A DNA stretch of 64,000 bases from Tubiluchus corallicola (lineage: Eukaryota > Animalia > Priapulida). Shown piece after piece: positions 11,818 to 25,185 of the stretch. The stretch is taken from positions 26,342-90,341 of the forward strand of contig JAQGDQ010000834.1 of NCBI GenBank assembly GCA_030141605.1, written 5' to 3'. Position numbers and translations under genes: made by a program. The notes under the pieces are model-generated. The model had not been told where the DNA came from. It made no database searches and was given only the letters and a program-made list of their open reading frames with translations. Every line of letters begins with the position of its first letter. The first letter of the stretch is position 1.

Positions 11818-12940
11818 GTAGGTAAGGTGAAGTGAGGTGAGGTGAGGTGAAGTGAGGTGAGGTCAGAAAAGATAAACTAAGCTAAGTTAAGTTAAAGTAA
11901 GTAAGGTAAGGTAAGGTAGGGTAAGTAAGGCTAAAAAAGATAAGGTAAGGTAAGGTAAGGTAAGGTAAGGTAAGGTAAGGTAAGGTAAGGTAAGGTAAGG
12001 TAAGGTAAGGTAAGGTAAGTAAGGAAGGTAAGGTAAGGTAAGGTAAGGTAAGGTAAGGTAAGGTAGTAGGTAAGGTAGGAGGAAGAAGTAGTAAGGTAAG
12101 GTAAGTAAGGTAAGGTAAGGTAAGGTAAGGTAAGGTAAGGTAAGGTAAGGTAAGGTAAGGTAAGGTAAGGTAAGGTAAGGTAAGGTAAGGTAAGGTAAGG
12201 TAAGGTAAGGTAAGGTAAGGTAAGTAAGGCTAAAAAAGATAAGGTAAGGTAAGGTAAGGTAAGGTAAGGTAAGGTAAGGTGAGGTAAGGTGAAATAAGCT
12301 AAGGTAATGTACGGAATGCTAAGCTAATCTAAGCTAAGGCAAGGTAAGCTAAATTAAGGTAAGTAAGGTAAGGTAAGGTAAGCTAAACTAAGGTAAGGTA
12401 AGTTAAGTAAGGCTAAGGAAATGTAAGGTAAGGTAAGGTAAGGTAAGGTAAAAGTAAGGTAAGGTAAGGTAAGGCAAGGTAAGGTAAGGTAAGGTAAGGT
12501 AAGGTAAGGTAAGGCAAGGCAAGGCAAGGCAAGGCAAGGCAAGGCAAGGCAAGGTAAGGTAAGGTAAGGTAAGGTAAGGTAAGGTAAGGTAAGGTAAGGT
12601 AAGGTAAAATAAGCTAAGGTAATGTAAGGAAAGCTAAGCTAATCTAAGCTAAGGTAAGGTAAGCTAAATTAAGGTAAGTAAGGCAAGGTAAGGTAAGCTA
12701 TGGCAAGGTAAGATAAGTAAGGCTAAGGTAAGGTAAAGTAAGGTAAGGTACGATAGGCTAAGGTATGGCAAGGTAAGGTAATCTAAGCTAAGGTAATCTA
12801 AAGTAAATAAGGTAAGGTAAGGTAAGGTAAGGTAAGGTAAGGTAAGGTAAGGTAAGGTAAGGTAAGGTAAGGTAAGGTAAGGTAAGGTAAGGTACGGTAA
12901 AGTAAGGTAAAATAAGCTAAGGTAATTTAAGGTAAGCTAA
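11818..12940. repeat. (TAAGG)n pentanucleotide satellite with TAAGC/CAAGG variants
   Basis: Directly visible; a variant block near 12290-12420 is duplicated near 12605-12730. Confidence 0.97.
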
Positions 12941-13239
12941 TTATTTTATAACAAAGTACGGTGTAATAAATCAAAGAAAGTTGGGGAAACAAAGCAAAGT
13001 AAGTAAATTAAAGAGTAGTGCTGTAATGAAGTAAGAAAATAAGTAAGAAAACAAGATAAAACTAGTTATTATACTTCAGTTTAAGGCATTGATATTAAAG
13101 TAAAAGAGTCAATTTCTTAGCCATATGGCTCTGTCTCAGCTGACTCTCCACCCAAATGAAAAACACCACCCACCCCAGCCATCACCAGTGTCACCACAAA
13201 AAATCAGTTTCTTGCTTCATTCTGGTAAAACCTGCCAAG

Positions 13240-13758
13240 AATATGTTTAAAGGGAAAGAAAAAGGAATTTTAAAGTGTGTCCCAAAAAACATTCCAGTTG
13301 ATATAGCATTCCATGCAAAGTTATATTACTTACCATTACGCTTACCTGTTTGAAAGGCTTAAGAAATTCGAAAAGAAAATTCTTAGTAATTTAAAGTATT
13401 CGCGCCACCTGGTAAAATGGTACTGAATCGCTATCCCAGTGTGCAATACTGGCTCACAAAAGACACGTTTATTGATCCTATTGACAAGATAAAGTAATTT
13501 ATACTTTTGCTTAGTTAGTGAAGAGCGTGGTACGAATACCCTGTACTCTAATTATTTTTTCAGACATTACGCAATGTTATGTTAACTTGTTTCAAACGAT
13601 CTAGTGATAAAATGGGTGCACCTAACAGTCATCCCTGGAGTTTAGATTTATTAGTTTCCTAGAGTGTTACAACAAACACAAGTCCTATATGCAATAAGAC
13701 AGGTGCAAAGGAAATAAAAATTGTTGAGCTTTATTTATGAATAATGTTTTCTTGTGCT
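13240..13758 (+). mobile_element. Kolobok-like family B diverged copy
   Basis: Reverse-complement homologue of about 5918-6420; ends GTTTTCTTGTGCT-TTAA (TTAA at 13759-13762). Confidence 0.7.
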
Positions 13759-13827
13759 TTAAATACTAAACATTTAATAACAGACGTTCATAGAATATGG
13801 TCTTGGAATTCTGAATACATCACTTAC

Positions 13828-13977
13828 ACTAAAACCACTCCATATTGGTGAAACGCTGTGAGCCAACCAAATCTCTGATCTCAGTGTTGACACCAGTCCC
13901 ACAATGATGCTCACAAGTCCAAGCGTACAATGCAAGACGGCTAGTATGATGACTGTAGCCAAGACAACAGGATGCAT
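13828..13977 (-). CDS. TMEM196: TMEM196-like exon 1 (50 aa)
   Basis: MHPVVLATVIILAVLHCTLGLVSIIVGLVST...HSVSPIWSGFS, donor AGT|GTAAGT at 13827, phase 0. The SP[IV]WSG motif is typical of TMEM196/CD20-like proteins. Confidence 0.87.
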
Positions 13978-14424
13978 ATTTGACCAACGTCCGAATCACG
14001 CCAAGGTGTTTACGAAGCTAAGCGTATCGCGTAATAAGTTTGATCACCACAAAATTAAACACATCGATATCAATATATGGCTTCATCAAAACAAACAACG
14101 ACCATTATTAGCACCAATAATCATTCAGCTTGTAATTACAATATGTCATTTGCATGTAATTTCTTCTTAATAGATTTCAAAAGTGCAAATATGCAAAAGT
14201 GAACTAGTAATGCCGCCTCTGCTATGGCAAAGAACATCATGTCTGCGTGGCTTCTTGTGGCAAATCATCTACCTTCATTAGAAGTGAATCGATGCAGAAA
14301 ACCACAAATATTTAGCGCGGTTGTTTGCGTGCTGACGTAGATTTGCTGATTGACATCGACTGTGACAGTTCATGTCTGTCTGTAAAGCCCGTGTGTAGAG
14401 CATTACTCGTGGCGTGTATAGTCC

Positions 14425-14990
14425 CTTTGTACTTATAGCTTATATTATGGCTTCAGTATGGCTGCTTTGTATTTAGTCTATAGCTTATATTATGGGTTCA
14501 GTGTGACTGCTTTGTACTTAGTCTATAGCTTATATTATGGCTTCAGTATGGCTGCTTTGTATTTAGTCTATAGCTTATATTATGGCTTCAGTGTGACTGC
14601 TTTGTACATAGTCTATAGCTTATATTATGGCTTCAGTGTGCCTGCTTTGTACTTAGACTATAGCTTATATTATGGCTTCAGTGTGACTGCTTTGTACATA
14701 GTCTATAGCTTATAGTGTGGCTTCAATGTGACTGCTTTGTACTTAGTCTATAGCTTATATTATGGGTTCAGTGTGACTGCTTTGTACTTAGTCTATAGCT
14801 TATAATATGGCTTCAATGTGACTGCTTTGTACTTAGACTATGGCTTATAATATGGCTTCAATGTGACTGCTTTGTACTTAGACTATGGCTTATAATATGG
14901 CTTCAATGTGACTGCTTTGTACTTAGACTATGGCTTATAATATGGCTTCAATGTGACTGCTTTGTACTTAGTCTATGGCTTATAATATGA
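14425..14990. repeat. 45-bp minisatellite (about 12 copies)
   Basis: Unit CTTTGTACTTAGTCTATAGCTTATATTATGGCTTCAGTGTGACTG. Confidence 0.95.
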
Positions 14991-15004
14991 CTCCGACTCA
15001 CTCT

Positions 15005-15177
<173 letters not shown>

Positions 15178-16600
15178 TATCAGTTTTTGTGGTAGGTTGT
15201 ATTCCACATGGTATCATTGTGATTTGCATCAGTTTTTCTGGTAGTTTGTATCCAACGTGATATCATTGTGATTTGCATCAGTTTTTCGGGTAGGTTGTAT
15301 TCAACGTGATATCATTGTGATTTGCAGCAGTCTTTCGGGTAGGTTGTATTCAACGTGATATCATTGTGATTTGCATCAGTCTTTCGGGTAGGTTGTATTC
15401 AACGTAATATCATTGTGATTTGTATCAGTTTTTCTGGTAGGTTGTATTCAACATGATATTATTATGATTTGTATCACTTTTTCTGGTAGTTTGTATTGAA
15501 CGTGGTATCATTGTGATCTGCATCAGTTTTTCGGGTAGGTTGAATTCAACATGATGTTATTGTAATTTGTATCAGTTTTTCTTGGAGGTTGTATTCAACG
15601 TGATATCATTGTGATTTGCATCAGTTTTTCTTGGAGGTTGTATTCAACGTGATATCATTGTAATTTGTATCAGTTTATCCGGTAGTTTGTATTCAAGGTG
15701 GTATCATTGTGATTTGCATCAGTTTTTCGGGTAAGTTGTATTCAACATGATATTATTGTAATTTGTATCAGTTTTTCTGGTAGGCTGTATTCAACATAAT
15801 ATTATTGTAATTTGTATCAGTTTTTCTGGTAGGTTGTATTCAACGTGATATCATTGTAATTTGTATCAGTTTTTCTTGGAGGTTGTATTCAACGTGATAT
15901 CATTGTGATTTGCATCAGTTTTTCTTGGAGGTTGTATTCAACGTGATATCATTGTGATTTGCATCAGTTTTTCTTGGAGGTTGTATTCAACGTGATATCA
16001 TTGTGATTTGCATCAGTTTTTCTAGTAGATTGTATTCAACGTGATATCATTGTGATTTGCATCAGTTTTTCTTGGAGGTTGTATTCAACGTGATATCATT
16101 GTGATTTGCATCAGTTTTTCTTGGAGGTTGTATTCAACGTGATATCATTGTGATTTGCATCAGTTTTTCCTGGAGGTTGTATTCAACGTGATATCATTGT
16201 GATTTGCATCAGTTTCTCTAGTAGATTGTATTCAACGTGATATCATTGTGATTTGCATCAGTTTTTCTTGGAGGTTGTATTCAACGTGATATCATTGTGA
16301 TTTGCATCAGTTTTTCTAGTAGATTGTATTCAACGTGATATCATTGTGATTTGCATCAGTTTTTCTTGGAGGTTGTATTCAACGTGATATCATTGTGATT
16401 TGTATCTTGTAGGCTGCATTCAAGGTGGTATCATTGTGATTTGCATCAGTTTTTCTGGTAGGCTGTATTCAACATAATATCATTGTGATTTGTATCAGTT
16501 TTTCTGGTAGGTTGTATTCAACTTGGTATCATTGTGATTTGTATCAGTTTTTCTGGTAGGTTGTATTCAACGTGATATCATTTTGATTTGCATTATTTTT
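15178..16600. repeat. 49-50-bp minisatellite (about 29 copies)
   Basis: Unit ATCAGTTTTTCTGGTAGGTTGTATTCAACGTGATATCATTGTGATTTGC. Confidence 0.95.
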
Positions 16601-17466
16601 TCCAGTATATAGTATTTTAATTCGGGAATTCAGTTTTAGAATTAACTGCTCGTGTGAACACAGAAAAAATCTTTTCGAATAGACCAGTATCCTGGCAAAC
16701 TAAATTTCTTAATACATCAAAGAAATAGTTTAATCTGTCTAAATGATAGGTCCATTAATGATACAGTAGAAAACAAGTAAATATGACATTATAATTATAT
16801 AATTATAAAATTCATAAAATTCATTATAAAATTCATCATTGACAGCTATTTGTAATTTAATTACTTAATCAATATTTCTGTTTGAGTAGCGTTTGTATTA
16901 AATGTGCGTTAACGTAAATTGTCACAGTTGTCGCTTAGATTAGTGCATCTTATATAATCAAGATATTTGACTCTATCAGTCTGCCTGTCTGTCCACATGC
17001 TCATCTGTCCATTCACGTATCACTTGTTGTTTAGTTTGTCCGTATGCTTCGCTGCTACTCTTTTGCATGCCTACCTGTTTGGAAGTTTGGTTTATTTGTC
17101 AGCTTGTTGCTTATTTGCAATGAAAATAACGAAATTATCTTTTCAATACCTGTACACACATTTGAAAAAAATGTTCATCAGTTCATCTGTTGAACACATG
17201 AACTCTGTGATTTACTTACTTTCTTGTACTTTTGCTGCAAGTCTGGCCAATGTTGTTTGTGGAAATTGGCACAAGAATAAACCAGCCAACTGTTTCCGGC
17301 AGCTGGAAAATATAAACAAATTATATGGCATGAGTATAATGAAAGCATAGAGTGGATCGGAGTGGACTGGAGTGGAGTTATTGGCAGGGCCATATACATT
17401 TTTTATGTTCAGTAAGAATCTTGAGACGCATTAGCAAGTAAATCATGCATAATACATTGTATCATA

Positions 17467-18848
<1,382 letters not shown>

Positions 18849-19418
18849 CGTAATCCCTATCATTGTACTAAGTTTCAACGAGAATAATTACCGGATCAAA
18901 CCACGGAACCCGTTGATATAAAACACGTCTATAATGGCACTCAATATTCTAACGAGAAGCGGACGCTGCACAGTTGCACCTAGGCAAAACAGCCCTTGAG
19001 CGAGAGTGTAATCATTTGAATATAATGCAGGGATTTGCATACCTCGTTTAAATAGCAGATGTTCCGAATAAGCAAGGAAAACTAACCGTACTTATATTTA
19101 TGTAGGAATAATATTGTCGTTGTGTAGACGCAGAAACGAAAACACGACTATGTTAACGCCAAAGCCTCCAATGTTTAATACACCAACGACTGCAAATGTG
19201 TGTTTGAAAATTTTATACAACTCCCCTGATGCAACATTAAAAAAGTACATTCAAAAGAGTACAGCATTCTTGCCCTTTAAGATGAGACACTGGACCCGCA
19301 GAGGTTTCTTAGCCACGTTCCGAAAATAATTTCCAAATCATCACGCATTTTTAATTCAAAGAAACCATTTTTTTATTTCCAATACGTTCCGAAATCGTTT
19401 GCTGACTGTTTAGCATCA

Positions 19419-20145
19419 TTAAAACAAAACCGGAGCCAATCCTAAACTGCAGGTCAAAATAATCTACTCTTTAAAATATTGAAAGGAAACAAGCTCTTTT
19501 TTCCAAAGTGACTTACGTGAAAGACTTGTTACTTAGTTTATAGAGTTCGCTCTGTAAGTAAAAAAAGATTGTTGAAGCACCTGGCGAGATAACTGTTTAC
19601 ATTGCACAGAAACCGGATGACGCCATTTTTCGTCCAAAATTACCGTGCCCAATCGTAAAGCGATCCCGACTTTAAATTGATTTTACTAATTACACGAGAT
19701 GCTTATCACAATTTTATTATTGAAACTATTTAGCGTTTTTTCCCAAATGTTAAAATGAGCTCAACTTCCCGAGAGATTTGGAGCTCAACTTCCCAAGAGA
19801 TTTGGGGCTCAACTTCCCGAGAGATTTGGCTTTTGCTTTAAAACGCATAATTTCGAAATGTGGCAGGATATGAAATTTTCCTTTAAATTTCCTGAAGACT
19901 GTTTTTCTATTTATACTATATTTACATCAGTTTTATTATTAGTCACTTGTACTTTTACACACGTTTCTTCAGGGGATGAGCATCGTTGGCGACCTCTTCG
20001 GCTTTGAATTGAATTATCACGACTTTAAATTGATTTTATTAATTACACGAGATGGTTATCACAATTTTATTGGTGAAACTTTCTAGCATTTTTCCCAAAT
20101 ATTAAAATACGCTTAACTTCCCGAGAGACTTCGCTTTTGCTTTAA
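19419..20145. mobile_element. Mosaic of a Kolobok-like family A end and duplicated family C fragments
   Basis: 19419-19525 matches the family A terminus. GACTTTAAATTGATTTTAyTAATTACACGAGATG occurs near 19668 and 20021. A 24-bp unit, GAGCTCAACTTCCCGAGAGATTTG, is triplicated at 19757-19828. Confidence 0.65.
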
Positions 20146-20556
20146 GTAACTCGTCGTTTCCCTTAAGCATGAGGGAAAGCCTACTTTTACGTGGCCCAAA
20201 TACAAGGCTGGCTCGACTGAGTGCGCCTGGTGAACGCCGAGCTGAAAAGGTAAATAAACTGCCAATTGCCGGAAATCTGGTTGGAATTAATTAAAGATTT
20301 GCGAAGAAACTACTTACGAGAATTCAGAAGACTCAAGACTGTCTTAATCTGTGCTTCGGAGTCTCTCGCTGACGGCGTCACATTAATCAGTAGCTTATAG
20401 ATGACTTAATGTACAACACCTTCTGTTAGTTAGTAATGATTTCAGTAGATGGCGACACCTGAAAACAGCGCTGATAATAGCAATGACATGAACTTGCGAG
20501 AAAAAGTGACTGTATAAGATAGTATTTATTAAACTTAAACCAAACACAGGTATATT

Positions 20557-21130
20557 ATAAGATAAGAAGAGATGAGATGAGATCCGATCCGATACGATAC
20601 GATACGATAAGATAGGATAGGATAGGATAGGATAGGATAGGATAGGATAAGATAAGGTAAGATAGGATAAGATAAGGTAAGATAAGATAGGATAGGACAG
20701 GATAAGATAAGATAAGATAAGATAGGATAGGATTAGGATAGGATAAGATAGGATAAGATAAGAAAAGATAAGATAAGATAAGATAAGGTAAGGTAAGATA
20801 AGATAAGATAAGATAAGATAAGATAAGATAAGATAAGATAAGATAAGATAAGATAAGATAAGATAATATAAGATAAGATAAGATAAGATAAGATAAGATA
20901 AGATAAGATAAGATAAGATAAGATAAGATAAGATAAGATAAGAAAAGATAAGATAAGATAAGATAAGATAAGATAAGATAAGATAAGATAAGATAAGATA
21001 AGATAAGATAAGATAAGATAAGATAAGATAAGATAAGATAAGGTAAGATAAGATAAGATAAGATAAGATAAGATAAGATAAGATAAATTCAGACAAGACA
21101 AGGCAAGACAAGACAAGATAAGAAAAGATA
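20557..21130. repeat. (ATAAG)n/(ATAGG)n pentanucleotide satellite, possibly an expanded LINE tail
   Basis: Directly visible; on the minus strand it begins a few bases after AATAAA (21131-21136). Confidence 0.95.
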
Positions 21131-22054
21131 TTTATTCAGGAAAATTTAATTGAACAAAACTCATTTACAACAAGGTTCTGATTGGTGGTTTTAAATTTAA
21201 AATAAAGAAAAAAACACATCCAAGGACACAAACATAAAAATTCGCAGATATATATACCATAATCGTACAAACATTGTGACTTAAAACATAAAGCAATAAG
21301 CAGAAACTGAAAAAAGAAAGTCAAGATTACAATCGCAAAAGAACTTAAAAGTAAGCAAACAAAGCAAGAAAGCTTTGATACCTTAAAAAAGCGAAATAAA
21401 AATACAAGCAACTGAAAAAATGTTATATAATGCAAAGTTAAAAATCAAAAATAAAGGCAAATTAAAGCAACGACAAAAGCATTTAAATGCTCTACATTAT
21501 GTGAAAAGTACTTCAAATTATTATACTTACAACAAACGTTTATTTGTACACGAATTATGAGTATAGAAACACACATGTATTAAATCGCTCTTTTAAAAAT
21601 GGAATCGTAATAATAATTATATAATAATAATAATTATGACGGTATTTATGACTTTATATAACAGCACACTTAGCATTTTTGTATTTTGAATTTGACAAAC
21701 ATTTTGTGTTTAGCACAATTATAATCATATAATTATATTGTTGTAAATGTTGTCAATGTTACGAAACTGTAATTGATTGATTTTCTGACCTGTTAAAATT
21801 ATTTGTTTTTCAACTGTTAACGTCTTGTACAATTGTATAAAGCCATTTATTTTAGTTCAACTTATCTGTTATTTTGCATACACTAACAAAAGACTTCAAG
21901 TAATTTAGATATTGATAACAAATATATTTTTCTTTAGTTACTAACACAATTTTTGTTATAAATTTATAATACTTATATTTTATATAACATGTCTTGCAAC
22001 AAGCTGCTAACAGTGTCACTTGATTAACTAAATAAATATTAATGTCGTACAAAT

Positions 22055-22215
22055 AGGGGTGTCTGCTTGGTGACCTCTTGGTCTTTCGCCACCCCGTCTC
22101 AATGTAGTGTTTATCATCTTAAAGAAACATTGTATGTTATTATATGTTTAACTTGAAATGAGACAAAGAAAATCTAATCTAATCTAATCTAATCTAATCT
22201 AATCTAATCTAATCT
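22055..22215 (+). mobile_element. LINE-like 3' UTR with (AATCT)n tail
   Basis: GGGGTG...CACCCC and GTCTCA...TGAGAC stems are followed by a pentamer tail, as in L2/CR1-group 3' ends. Confidence 0.5.
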
Positions 22216-22998
22216 TCTTAGTAGTCACACAACTGCTCCGAAACCTGACCAGCGGCTTGAAGCAGCTTATATTTCAAATGAATAACCGTTCTTACAGTGT
22301 TTAACGAAAATTCAGCAACACTGGAACCATGGAACAATACTAAATGGATGGGTGGTCAAGAAGAAAACTACATAGTTTTATCTCATATACAGTACTTCTG
22401 ATCATTTCACCATGCAGCAGCTGTTCACAGAGGATCTAAAAGTGGCTAAGACACCTCTGCCAAGTCAGCATCTCAATTTAGATGATTCTCTTTGAAAAGT
22501 TACGGTCCTGCCACAAGTATCTAACAGGTAGCCAAGCTATTGGCTGACGTTGCGTGCCAAATACCCGTTCGCCAAAATTTAAAAAAATTATGGAGACAGC
22601 ATTTCTTAACAATATTTTATTAATGTTTATCTAAAAAAACTGAATTGAAGAAGATATAATTCGAACCTAAATAATAAGAGTCTTACAACTTGACAATTGT
22701 AATTAAAAATATTTAAATTTGTTTGCTTGTTACATTTTCCAAATTTGAGTAAAACGGCAAAACAGCCACACGTTTGTTTATTTACATAATACTGTTAATT
22801 ACAATCAAATCCACAAATTTAGAAGCAGATCAAAAAAGAATACAAAGTTTATGTGTAAAAATTAATTAGTTAATTTAAACTGGCTTTAAGAACAATTTCT
22901 AACTAAATTTTGTGTTCCACATAATAGCTGGCATAGAGGACAAGTGCTCCCTGCAGGACGCCTAGCAACCTCTAGCAACTTCATTATCAACTTAATAC

Positions 22999-23381
22999 CT
23001 ATCTAATAACCCAGTCAAATAAGTCATCTTCAGCATCAGCAGGTGAACTAAACACGTCTTCTGCAGGTGTCTGATGAGCACCTGAAAGTGATGCTCTGCG
23101 CATGCGCAGAATCCGCTTCCGACTGTTTCTGCATCCGGATGATGGTGATTTTCTCTCCGATGCCACAGCCGCGCAATCTGAATTTTCCAGCTCTTGCAGC
23201 AGGTCAGGTGAGCTAATCTGCACAACGCCATCTGTAGGCGTTCTAGGGAAAATAGATTTTGCTGGAGTATGTTTGACATAGGGCTTGTTAGGTTTTCCTG
23301 ACGGCAAGCAAGGAAGTGTGTTGGATGTTTGTTGTGTCAGCGGTGTACCGGGAACCACTTGTTCTTGATTCAAATATTTCA
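22999..23381 (-). CDS. Unassigned Ser/Pro-rich protein, terminal exon
   Basis: Acceptor GTATTTTTTTCAG|TG (phase 1), 127 open non-repetitive codons with raised GC, stop at 22999, and AATAAA on the minus strand near 22780. Confidence 0.65.
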
Positions 23382-23634
23382 CTGAAAAAAATACATCGTT
23401 TTTAGTGCTCGCAAAATAAAGTTACTAAGAGACATTTATCTCAACAGAATTGAATTCGATTACAAGTATTCAAGTGAGCTGAGCCAAATAGCTGCTAAGC
23501 AACTCAAATTTGTACTATAAGTACAACCAGTCAAAATTAATAATGTAAACTCTTGGGTTCAATTCCTGATAAGTTATTGTTGTGTATAGAAGAGTAGAAA
23601 TTTCAGCTTCACATTATTATTTAATTATCGTTAA

Positions 23635-24240
23635 AGGAAAACAGGATGATTTTTCATATACTACCCCATTTTCAAGTACGATCAAAACTACACATTTTAA
23701 CACATTAATGCTGCAAAAACGTTTCTGATAATTAAATAATAGATTAATATCTTAATTAACAGCGGGCGAGCCGAACTATTGATGACATCAAAAACTAACG
23801 TAATTTTTAACAGAAAAATATTCTACGAGCGTGTTGCGAAACAGAAAATTGAAGTACAGTGTTAGTGTAAGATATTCAGTGTGTTGTACTAAACTAGGCA
23901 AGTTCTAAGATAAAAATTCAAATTTCAAATTTACCGCTATGCTCACGCATGAGCTGTTGAATGTGTGCAGTTCGTCGGAAACTAACACATCTGAATTGAG
24001 AAGTACAGCACCTGTTTTTGGTGCTATGCGTTTCCGAAATGCAGGCTCTAGTGCCCGTCTAACTAGCGAACGGCGAAATGCACGTAACAGCGAAGAACTA
24101 GTGGCGCGAACGTGGAATTGTGTTTGTGTGGTAATAATTCTTTCACGTAAGTCATTTTGAAAAAAATAATATGCTTTCTTTCAATGTTTTAAAGAGTAGA
24201 TTGTTTTGACCTACAGTTTAACATTGGGTCCAGTTTTGCT
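23635..24240 (+). mobile_element. Kolobok-like non-autonomous element, family A, full length (606 bp)
   Basis: TTAA on both sides; termini AGGAAAACAGGA ... TCCAGTTTTGCT; at least 6 related copies in the window. Confidence 0.85.
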
Positions 24241-24679
24241 TTAACAATGTATGTTTTTGTGCTAGGACAATTAAGAAAACCCAAGACCATGGGGACATGC
24301 AGTTCATTGTACGACATATGAAGTCGTGAACGAAGGTGAAATACTTGCAAAAAGTTAAATAAATTTAAAAACATTAGTCTGAGAACAAAATAAATAAGCT
24401 GGTTTATGAAACCTGGCATTTATTTAGCGAAAACATTCACAGTAAAACACTCAATACATAGCTGTGAGACTCCAGAGAAGGCAGAACGTTTTGACTACTC
24501 TTGAGTGTTTTATTGTGAAAATAAATAGGTTAACTAAGACAGGAAAACAAAGTTCAAGATCTACTCAACATATTCCACAAACGTTAAAAAAATCAGCACA
24601 GTGGAACAAATTTGAAATGATATTATACGTATTGCAGCGATCGCTACGCACTCCCCCTTCCGTAGGCTCAATCAAACAA

Positions 24680-24870
24680 TAGTCAAACCTCTACACGGCT
24701 CACCTTGGAACTCTAAAAAAAGATGACGTTAAGCGAGGTTAGCATTGTAATATGGGTCATATTAATGCATACGCAAATAAAGGCATTTTCTTCTGTTAAA
24801 AATTTAGGCGTTAAGAAAGGTTGGCGTTATAAAGAGGGGGGAGGGGGGGCAATAAAACGAGGTTTGACTG
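24680..24870. mobile_element. pogo/Tigger-type MITE
   Basis: TIRs (T/C)AGTCAAACCTC ... GAGGTTTGACTG followed by TA. Confidence 0.6.
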
Positions 24871-24974
24871 TAGATGCTCAGCTCAGGAATTTGTAACGTG
24901 TTTACGGGATAAACTACAAACCTATCATTAGTTTTAAAATAAACTGAAAATTTTTATTGTAATATTATACTCAC

Positions 24975-25185
24975 TTGGTGTTGCAATGTAAAGATACGGG
25001 CTAGGTAACAACGGCACCCACGTCCTGCTAACGCTATTCGGACTTCTACAGTTGCTGATGTCTGGTACAGCAGACGGCGGCGAACGACATGCAGAATGTC
25101 GAAGCAAAGGTGTTTGCGGGACATTTTGCACAGGAGAATTCACGGACATTTGCTGGTCTAATCGCCAATTAGCTCGCATGCCCAT
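24975..25185 (-). CDS. Unassigned Ser/Pro-rich protein, first coding exon
   Basis: ATG at 25185 (in-frame TGA immediately upstream), 70 codons plus 1 nt, donor CCA A|GTGAGT. Phase 1 matches the acceptor at 23382. Confidence 0.6.

Noticed and set aside
11818-12940. (TAAGG)n as arthropod telomeric repeat
   Set aside because: The arthropod motif is TTAGG; TAAGG/CCTTA is a different pentamer, and this tract is intronic.
23068-23100. CTGATGAG-cacct-GAAA hammerhead-like core on the plus strand
   Set aside because: Stems I and III are not convincingly formed, and it lies antisense within a probable coding exon.
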